Shown here piece after piece: positions 11,401 to 21,800 of a stretch of 64,000 nt of DNA; the stretch's first letter is position 1, and every line of letters begins with the position of its first letter. The position numbers and the translations under genes are program-made. Below the pieces are notes generated by a model. That model ran no database searches. It had not been told where the DNA came from and saw nothing but the letters and a program-made list of their open reading frames with translations. This stretch comes from Macrostomum lignano (lineage: Eukaryota). The DNA lies in assembly GCA_002269645.1 (NCBI GenBank), contig NIVC01000774.1, positions 62,001-126,000 on the forward strand, in the 5' to 3' direction.

Positions 11401-14400
11401 ACACAACTCCCCTGCCTCTAATCTTCGTAGTCAAGACGGCGTCGTAGTCAAGCACGTACGACTCAAAGATCATGTAATTTTTGGAGGCCATTTTCTTAGA
11501 AAAAAATGCATTGCGGCGGTAGGAAAAATCATTTTTTCATCCCAAAATCAATGATCGCATTTGATCTGGGGCGGTGAAGATGACTCGTATCATTCTTTTA
11601 ATTAAGAATGCACAACATGGTACTCTGTTATATTTTATGTGTAGTGAAATTTTCATTTCATACTATTTCATAAGCCGTTATTATTGTGCACTAACTGTCT
11701 GTATGCATGTAGGAACTATGCAATAATTTACATTGAAGTGGAATTTTACCTACAAGAATGGCTCAAGAGTTGCAAAACTTTTATTGCTTGATTCAAGAAG
11801 GAACAAAACAAGAAGTTAAGCTAATGCACTTGTGAGTATTTACAACTTTGGGCTTATGAAATAGAAAGAAAACAATAGGAAAATGAGACAATATAAAATA
11901 TAACTGAGTAACATGTTGTGCATGCTAAATAAAATAATGGTAATCTTCACCGCCCCAGATCAAATAAAATCATTGATTTTGTGATGAAGAAATGATTTTT
12001 TCCACAGTTTATCTTTTCCAGGAAATAGGCCTCCAAAAAATAACTCGATCTCTGAGTTTAACGTCCTGTTACACTGCAGTGGTCCTTGGTCTTAGTATAG
12101 GTGGGCGTCTTCTATTGCTCGCCACACCGCAATACAACAAGAATGCAATGCATACGAACTTCCAGAAAGTGGACCTGACCGACATGAACACTGTGTTCAA
12201 AGTTCTGTACTATTCGCTAGACGTTTACCTGGTCAGGTACGAAGAAATCAAGGCTGAAAAACTGGCTGTGGCCTGCGTTCAGCACGCGCAGTGAGTCCTG
12301 AGCTCTGTTGGCAGCAATGTTACTCCAGTCAACGCGCCATCCATGCATCATCAAAGCGTAAAAACGAAATCTTATTGAATCCAATTGCAGAAAATTTTTT
12401 AAGCCGCACTCGCCGCAGTACGTCAAGGCGCTGCTCAACTACGTGAAATTCTCCAACACCTTCAAGAAGGACGCCTTCGGAGTCGAAGTTGCCACGGTGG
12501 GTTTCTGGGCATATTTACTGATGCACTTTTATGATCGAACCAACCTTCTACTGCGTGCTAATGGTGTGGGCCAGTAAGTCCAAATTAAGGGGTGTGGTTC
12601 CAGACCGGCTTCCATTCTTCCAGGCGTGGTTCCAGACCGGCTTCCATTCTTCCAGGCGTGGGTACATTCTGGATTCCATTCTTCCAGGCGTGGGTACATT
12701 CTGGATTCCATTCTTCCAAGCGTGGGTACATTCTGGATTCCATTCTTCCAGGCGTGGGTACATTCTGGATTCCATTCTTCCAGGCGTGGGTACATTCTGG
12801 ATTCCATTCTTCCAACCGGCTTCCATTCTTCCTGCAGGTGTGGGTACAGACCGTCTTCCATTCTTCCAGATGTTCAATAATAATAATAATTTATTACACC
12901 TGCCCCAATTCGGCCAGATGTGCAACCGACAGCTCAGCCGCAGCTATTGCGCGGCGCATCTGAAGGCTGCGTACGGCTGTTCAGTCCAAGGACTGGGGGG
13001 TCGCCACACCCAACCCTCAATTACCCCAGCTAATGCTGGCATCCATTTTACAGCTGGTTGAACTGAAGCAATGCAGAGTTAATTGTCTTGCTCAAGGACG
13101 CAAATTGTTTCAGTGGGATCGGGAATCGAACCCCCGACCTTCAAGTCATATGTCCGACACTCTAACCACTATAGGCTACAACCCCCTCCAGGCGTTCAGT
13201 TACATTGAATGTAAAAAATCGCTAAGTCAGTAGGGATACGAGTGCAAACCACAGCGATCCAGAGCCACACCGGATCTGCACACTTCAGAACGCTGCCCTG
13301 TTCGCCCACGCCGTCATGGGCTACGAGCACCCGCTGCTGGCCGAGGCCCAGTCGCTGCTGGCGCTGGCCCAGCTGCTGGCCAATCCCGGCCGAGGAATCA
13401 ATTCTTCGGCTCAGAGCCCGTCCGACCTGGCCCTGGCCGCCATTCAAACCGGACAGGACGCCTATCCGGCCGGACACCCGTTGCTGGCCAGTCTCATGGT
13501 GAATTTCGGCCAGGTCGTGCTACTGGAACTCGGACAGCCGGCCGACAGCCCAGAAGCCGCCAGTCATCCGCACAGCCAGTCCGCGCTGGCCCACTGCCAG
13601 CTGGCGGTGGCCGCCCTGGCCGGCGCCCTCGGCGAGCGGAGCCCGGCCACCGCGCGGGCCCGCCTGATTCTCGGCCAGCTGCTGGCCAGGCTGGGCGACG
13701 TCAAGGCGGCCGGGGAGCAGCTGCGGCGAGCGCACGCCGCGCTGACGCGGGCCGGCGGCCAGCAAACGCAGCCGCAGCAACAGCCGCAGCAAGCTCGGAG
13801 CCACGTGCTGCTGCGTTTCCTGCTGGAGTATGCCAAGTTTTTCAGGTTGGTTACCTGGAGCATTCTCTTTTGAAGTCTAAAATGTAAGGGTTGGGAGGCT
13901 GACACATTACTCATAATTTGGATCTGCTCGCGCAATTGCACAGTGAAGTGTACATGCCTAACGATAAATAAAGTTAAGGGCCGCTGTACACTCCTGTGTA
14001 CGACTGCGTATGACTGCGTACGTATCCGCGCGCTTGTGTGCCTGCCCAGGGGAGTCGGCGGAATGGGCAGTAATGCCTCTCGCCGGTTGAGTGACAATGT
14101 CGCTTGAAGTGCGCCAGGGTGCACACAGTCGGGGCCGCATCAGTGGAATGACTACTTGCGGCCTTCGCTGACTGCGCATCGAATTCAGTTGCTTTATCCA
14201 GTTTCGTGTTGACGTTCAGAAAGTAGCAATAGAAACTTAGATAAGCATAGTTATCGTGACAAAGACTTTTTCTGCGCCTGGGCTGAGCATTCGTCTCCAG
14301 AATTTTCCTCTCTTCAAAAATCGCGCAGGCAGAGCGGGCAGCTCCAGCAGGCACTGCTGCTGGCCAAGCAGGTCGCCGAGACCACCGAGTGCTACGGCGC

Positions 14401-15847
14401 CTACATCCACTGGGTGGACGAGGCGCTGGCGCTGACTGCCGACCTGCTGGCCGAGACTGGCGACTCCGAAGGCAGCGCCGAGGCGGCCAAACGCCGCACC
14501 GACTGGCTGGCCGAGCACCCCGTCTACAAGTCGCGTCTGGATTGGCAGTCCCTGAACGCCCAGCCAGATAAGGCCTTCTTCAAGAAGTTCAACCTGTGGA
14601 CGGAGCGACGGGGCCGGATTATGGGCCAGCTGAGGAAGCAGCAGCTGAAGAGCCAGAAGAGGCAGCAGAAGCATTCGCTGGCTGAGGCGAATGTCGACAG
14701 CGGCGAAGCGTCCAGCGAGTTGCGCAAGACGCTCAAGGACTTCGCCGACGATTCGGACGCCCGTTTCGGCTCTTCAACGTCCTCGTCGTCGTCGTCCTCC
14801 GACGAGTCCTCGGCTGGAGGAGGCGCCAAGGAGGCCGAGCGAGGCAAGAAGAAGGCGCTGAAGAAGCGGAAGGAGCTGCAGCGGCTGAAGGCCTCTTCGG
14901 GCTCGTCGTCTGCCTCTGACTCGGATGACGAGTCTTCAGCGGAAAAGAAGCAAAAGAAGAAAGTAGAGGCTAAAAAGGAGGACAAGAAGTCGCAGGATAG
15001 CAGCAACTCAGATGATTCTGACAAGGGCAAGAAGTCAAAGAAAGACAAGAAGGACAAGAAGGACAAGAAGGACAAGAAGGACAAGAAGGACAAGAAGGAT
15101 AAGAAGGACAAGGACAAGAAGGATAAGGACAAGAAGTCTTCGGAAAGTGGAAGCTCAGATGATGATGCCCAAAAAGAAAAGAAGCCTGAAAAGGATAAGG
15201 ACAAGAAGGACAAGAAGGACAAGAAAGACAAGGAGGACAAGAAGGACAAGAAGGACAAGAAGGACAAGAAGGACAAGAAAGACAAGGAGGACAAGAAGGA
15301 CAAGGAGGACAAGGACGACAAGAAGGACAAGGAGGACAAGGACGACAAGAAGGACAAGAAGGACAAGGACGACAAGAAGGACAAGAAGGACAAGAAGGAT
15401 AAGAAGGACAAGGACAAGAAGGATAAGGACAAGAAGTCTTCGGAAAGTGGAAGCTCAGATGATGATGCCCAAAAAGAAAAGAAGCCTGAAAAGGATAAGG
15501 ACAAGAAGGACAAGAAGGACAAGAAAGACAAGGAGGACAAGAAGGACAAGGACGACAAGGACGACAAGAAGGACAAGAAGGACAAGAAAGACAAGAAGAA
15601 CAAGAAGGACAAGAAGGACAAGAAAGACAAGAAGGACAAGAAAGACAAGAAAGACAAGAAGGAAAAGAAAGACAAGAAGGACAAGAAGGGAAAGAAAGAC
15701 AAGGATGACAAAGAGGACAAAGAGGACAAGGAGGACAAGAAGGACAAGAAGGACAAGAAGGACAAGAAGGACAAGAAAGACAAGGAAGACAAGAAATACA
15801 AGAAAAAGAAAAATAAGGCAAAAAAGAGTAAAAAGTCGGGTAGCAGT

Positions 15848-15890
<43 letters not shown>

Positions 15891-18800
15891 CGATCAGCCC
15901 CATAGGGTTGGTGCACCTTCTGGTGCGGTCAAAGGAGCTGCCTCATCGCGGCGACCCGGTTTTAACACCAAAGCTCCTAAGTCGTGGTCTTCAACCCATC
16001 TGCCCTCGCGTGCCTTCGGCACGGCTGGCAGGGAGACCGGTTGTTTTGCTGCTGTCTATCTGTCCCGCCTCGTCCTCTTTGCGCTCGCCCTCACTACGCT
16101 CGCCGGGGACATCGAAACTAATCCCGGCCCAGCCTGCAACTCATGCAACGGCCCAATCCGCACGGGCATGCACAGCCTGCCATGTGAGGTCCCAGAATGT
16201 TCCGAGCGCTGTCACTGTCAGAAGAAATGCAGCGGTATGCACCGCGCCGAGATTGTCCGATCTCCGTGGCGCTGCTCTGTGCACCGCCCCCTTGAATTGG
16301 ACTCGGCATCCGCTGCGCACCTGCGTGACCTCCCGGCACCCGAGCCCCGCATGTCTCAGCCAACGCGCTGTCACAGCTGCTCAGGGCCCATCCGCACTGG
16401 CACTACTCCGCTCACTTGCGCTGCCAAAGGTTGCGCTCTGGCCTGCCACCGCTCCAGCAACTGCAGCCACATCTCGCGGTATCGTGGCGCCCCCAGCTGG
16501 CTCTGCCCTCTGCATCGGCAGCAGGCGGTCCAACTTCCAGGCGCACACTCCATCTTCCGCCGCCCTGCTCTTACCCGCAGACAAGCTGATCCCACTACCG
16601 ACAGAGATCTGAACGATCCAAGCGACGCCCAGCGCCGCTACTGTGCTAAATGCTCGACCGCCATTCGCCGCGGCGTCGCGTTTGTCAAGTGCAACTCCTG
16701 CAGCGCCGCTTACCACAAGTGCTGCACCGGCCTTAATCGCAACGCCGCGGATGCCGCGGCTCGCAGCCCTTGGGACTGCCCAGTTTGCACAGCGCGCACC
16801 CAAGGAGCTCCCGCCCCTTCGGCAGCTACGTCGCGCGTCCCCCTGCAGGACAAGGTCGCCCGCGACACTAAATTTGCCGACAGCCTCCGTCTTCTCCAGT
16901 GGAACGCCGACGGAATCGCCTCCAAACTGCCCGAGCTGGCCGAACGCCTCTCCGACAGCGATATCGACATTGCAGCTGTCCAAGAAACGAAGCTCTCCAA
17001 CCGCACGCAGCTGCCAAAGATCAACGGGTACATCGCCGTGCGCAAAGACCGCGGCGACGGCAGCGGTGGAGGTCTGCTGCTTCTCATCAGAGACAAGCTG
17101 GCCTTCCGCTCGTCCCCGCAACCCACGGCCACAGCGGACATGGAAATCCAGACGGTCGACATCCAGATATCTACCGCTAACTGGATTACCATCACCAACG
17201 TCTATGCTCCACCTGTCCGCACCTGCGTCGAGGATCGACAGCTTCCGGACTGGAATCACCTGGGCACTCCGTCTCAGGGCATCATCCTAGGAGACTTCAA
17301 CAGCCACTCTCCGGCCTGGGACCCTATACAGCCCCAGGACGAACGAGGCTCCACGCTCCTGGACTGGTCCATCGACACGCAACTGGAAATCCTTAACGAC
17401 GGCTCGCCCACCAGAGTCAATAAAGCCACAGGTGGCGAAAGCTCACCGGATGTGTCCTTCGCCTCCTCAAAGCTGGCTAGCAAATGCACCTGGCAAGTCT
17501 CCGATGACCTCGGCAGTGATCACACGCCGATTGTGATCCGCCTTGACCTCAAGGTTAGGACCTTGCCTAAGGCCCAAAGCCGTCTCATATGGTGCAAACA
17601 AGGGGTCGACTGGAATGCTTTCCAAACGGTCGTCGAGGACAAATTTAAAGCCCTTCACAAAGAGCATCTTACCTTTGACGCCAGAGCCAAACGCTTTAAT
17701 GATATAGTCATGCAAGCGGCAAACCTTTGCATCGGCAAAGTCCGTACCTCGCACAGACCGCGTCCCTGGCTCACCCCTGAACTCAAAGCGGCGATTAAGC
17801 TCCGTAACCGCCTCAGGCGCTCCGTTGGCGAGAATAGAGAAGATTGGCTCAGCGCCTGCGCCAACGTTCACAAAATTGCCAGGGCAACGAAAGAGGCTGC
17901 TTGGCGTGACACGATAACCGATCTTGAGAAAGAGCCCAACTCGAACAAGGCGTGGAAGTTCATCCGCAGCCTTAACGGCACTCCGGACTCCAACTGCCCT
18001 AATGAGGCCCTCCAGGTCGGCAACAAAGTGTTAACAGACCCTAGAGACAAAGCCAACGCCTTTGCCAAGCAGTACGCCTCTGTCAGCAGGTACCACATTT
18101 CCCATTCGGATCGCGCTACTATCCGAGAAGCCAAAGCCATCCTTCGGCTTCCCCTTCCGCTCCCAGGTTCGACCCACGACGGTTACGCCGCCATCACCGA
18201 GCAGGAACTGGACTCCGCCATCCAACACCAGCGTGCTAACGGCGCTGCTGGCGCCGACGAGGTCACGCCTCGGTTCATTAAGGCCCTTGGCCCGCTCGCC
18301 CGCGCAGAGCTGCTTAGTCTCTTCAACTGGTCCTTCCAGCACGCGGCCGTCGCTCAATCCTGGCGCACCGCGATTATTATTCCCCTGCTCAAGGCTGGAA
18401 AGTCAGCTCGGGACATCGCGGCCTTTCGCCCCATCAGCCTCACATCCTGTATTGTCAAGCTGCTCGAGCGCATCCTGGTCACTAGATTGCACCACCTGGC
18501 TGAGCGCCACGGCTGGATCTCCCCGAACCAGGCGGGGTTTCGGGCCAACTACTCCTGCGAGGATCAGCTCCTGAGAGTCACCCAAGACATCAGCGACGGG
18601 ATGAACCTCAAACCATCTGAACGCACGATCATTGCTCTGCTTGATTTTTGTAAAGCCTTTGACAAAGTGTGGCGTGAGCGCCTCATCACCGTTATGGCAC
18701 GCAAACGCGTCCCTCTTGTCTTTATCAAATGGACTGCGGCCTTTTTGCGCCATCGCATTGCCCGCGTGCAACTCCACGGTGCTCGCAGCTCACCGGTTAT

Positions 18801-21800
18801 CATGCGCCAGGGCCTCCCGCAAGGATCGGTCATCGCTCCGTTTCTCTTCCTTATTTTCATTGACACGGTCAATGACGTGGTCAACCCGCCGGCAGAGATC
18901 TCCATGTATGCCGACGACATCGCCCTCCGCGCCCGCCACCGCAACAAGCTCGAGGCTCAACGCGCTGTGCAAAGAGCACTCGACAACGTGGCCCGCTGGA
19001 GCAATGAGCACAAAATGGTCCTAAACCCAGACAAAAGCGAGGCCGCCTTTTTCTCCACGGACACCAGCGAAGCCGCCTGGTCCCCGGCTATCTCTATCGA
19101 AGGCCGGAACCTGCGGCACAATCCAACGCCTCGGCTGCTGGGCCTCACACTGGACCGCACTCTGAGTTTCCGCAGTCATCTGGAGCACGTGTGCAATCGG
19201 ACCACTTCCCGATGCCGTCTCCTCGCCTGCCTGGCCTCCAAGGAATGGGGATGGTCCAAAAAACTCCTGCTCCGCATTTACCGTGCCATGCAACTTAGCA
19301 TCATTAACTTCGCTGCGCCGGCCTGGCACCCTTGGCTCTCTGAATCCGCGTTTCAACAGCTGGAGAGAGCGCAGAACGCAGCCCTTCGTATTGTCACAGG
19401 ACAACACCGCACGACTCCGGTTGAGGCCCTTAGGCTGGAAGCTGGCATCTGCTCCGTCCGCACTGGTAGCAATGTTATATGCCTGACGGCCTTCGAAAGA
19501 GCTCAGCGCCTCCCGGATTCTCACCCGTGCCGCATTGCCGCCACTGGAAACACAGCGCACAGGCTACGCAGGAACAGTTGGCGGAACCACGTCACCGACC
19601 TGCTGCCACTCATTGCTAGCTCGGTCACGCCGCGCGCCATGATCTGCACTGCTCGTCCGCCGCCTTGGGACCCTTTCTCTACCGACGTGCGTGTCGACAT
19701 GGCGTTGCCGGAACCCGGTCCCGCGCGCACAGCCACGGCCATCGACACTATCCGCCACCTCCCAGGCCTGATCACCATCTACTGCGACGGCTCGGCATCA
19801 GGCGGCACGACCAATGGCGGCGCCTCAGCCATCGTCACGACCGGTGACCCAGCCCACCCTATCATCCTGGCGACTCTTCAACAGCGCGGCGCGCCCTCCA
19901 CATCCTCGTTCGAAGAGGAGCTTCGCGCCGCCTCTCTCGCCATCGGCTGGATCAACCAAGCTGCTCTCACCGCGGCTACCAACATCTGCTCAGACAGCCA
20001 ATCTATGCTCCGCGCTCTGGCCAGCGGCAACCCCAGAATCAGATCTGCACTACCTACTGCATCTGCCGAAATCACCTGGCAGTGGGTTCCGGGCCACCAG
20101 AATATTCCTGGCAACGAGCTGGCCGACCAAGCAGCCAAAGAGGCCACCACGCTCGTGTCTCCCGCTAGTCAGATCAGCATCCACAGCGCCAAAAACGTCA
20201 TCAGAAGATCCGTCCTCGATCCCCCGATACGCCACGAGCGCACCCGGCACGCGTACCGGCTTCTCAACCGTCAATTGGAAGAGGACTCCATCACCAACCG
20301 TGCCGATGCGGTGCTTCTTGCGCGCTTACGCTCAGGTCACTGCACTCTTTTCAACGCGTATCGCAGCATTGTCGACCCGGCCGTCGACCCAGCATGTCAC
20401 CGCTGCGGCCATCCCTGCGATGACCTGGAACACTGGCTTGACTGCCCAGCTCTCGCCGGCACCAGGCTCCGCCTTCTTGGAGGACCCACGACAGACATCA
20501 GCAGCATTTCCGCCGACCCCCTCGGGTTGATAGCGCTGGCCAGACACTGCCCTTAGCTCTGCCTGGGCGCGTACCACCAAAACAACAACAACAACAACAG
20601 CAGCAGCAGCAGCAGTAGCAGTAGCAGCAGTAGCAGCAGCTCTTCTTCCAGTAGTAGTTCGGAGGACGAGAAAGAGCACAAGACACTGAAAGTTAAGAAA
20701 CAGTTGAAGCGGAAAAAGAAGAGCCCCAAACCGGACAAGAAATCTGGAAGAAGCTTGTCGTGTTCAAGCGACGCCGCTGAAGGGAGCGCGACTGACAGCT
20801 CCGATGGTGAAGCGGCGAAAAGGTTTCGAACGATTGCTGCGGCGAAAGGAAGGGAGAGTGACCTCCTAAAACTGAAAGGTGAAATTCAACACAATTATAA
20901 GAGACAATTTATGTAAGAAAAAACTTAATATTCTTTCAATATTCGTATTTTTTCTGCACCAAAAACAGTCGTACTGGTCGGAGACTCTGGCGTCGGCAAG
21001 TCCAGCCTGATGACGCGGTTCGTCGAAGGCACTTTCCGGAACCAGATGTTCAGCACGGTGGGCGTTGACTTTTGCACCAAAAATCTTGAGGTGAACGGGC
21101 GGCAAGTGAGTCTGCAGATCTTGGACACCGCCGGGCAGGAAAGGTGAGGAGCTGCATGTACTGGCAACCTGCTGACCCTACCAGTTCGGTCCTCAATGCG
21201 ATCCCAGACTCTTTAAGTTCGGTCCTCAATACGACCCCAGACTGTTTAGTTCGGTCCTCAAATACGACCCCAGACTCTTAGTTCGGTCCTCAATGCGATC
21301 CCAGACTATAGTTCGGTCCTCAATACGACCCCAGACTCTTAGTTCGGTCCTCAATGCGATCCCAGACTATAGTTCGGTCCTCAATTCGACCCCAGACTGT
21401 TTAGTTCGGTCCTCAATACGACCCGACTGTTTAGTTCGGTCCTCAATACGACGACGGACTATAGTTCCGTCCTCAATACGACCCCAGACTGTTTAGTTCG
21501 GTCCTCAATACGACCCCAGACTGTTTAGTTCGGTCCTCAATACGACCCCAGACTGTTTACAGTCGGGTCTTGAATATGACCTCAGATTCATGTTGGGTGC
21601 TGAAATATCTCAAGCGGTTCGGCCATCAAATTTCATAAGTCTGGCCATCGATGCGATGCCTCTGACTGTTCGGTTTGGTCACTAACGAACCCCGTCAGCA
21701 GACCTGCCTCGCACACACCGATCGCCGTGCAGGTTCCGCTTCCTGGGCCCCAGCTACTACCGCGGCGCCGACGCCGCCATGCTGGTGTTCGACTCCAGCA

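Larger units (their letters stand above)
10309..14640 (+). other. APPBP2/PAT1-like TPR region
   Basis: Collinear similarity to remembered human APPBP2: HGFRLFDFL vs VGFVLGGFL; VRYEEIKAEKLAVACVQHAQKFFKPHSPQYVKALLNY vs VKREFKKAEQLIKHAVYLARDHFGSKHPKYSDTLLDY; YPAGHPLLAS vs LPEDHLLLAS; ALGERSPATARARLILGQL vs AFGEFNVQTAKHYGNLGRL. Confidence 0.65.
15889..20598 (+). mobile_element. Full-length Ingi-like (I-group) non-LTR retrotransposon inserted in the exonic (AGC)n Ser tract
   Basis: Single uninterrupted ORF to 20556, ~22-nt 3' UTR and (AAC)n tail 20579-20598. Flanked by (AGC)n on both sides (TSD up to ~15 bp). Removing it restores the host frame. Confidence 0.93.

Noticed and set aside
14524-15916. 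Long alternative-frame and antisense ORFs (FLS-, CPS-, RT-, LV-rich)
   Set aside because: They are shadows of the stop-free 9-bp DKK repeat.
16168-20556. Bacterial group II intron or retron RT, or contamination
   Set aside because: The APE-RT-RNase H layout, 2A peptide, simple-repeat tail and insertion in a spliced gene identify a eukaryotic LINE.
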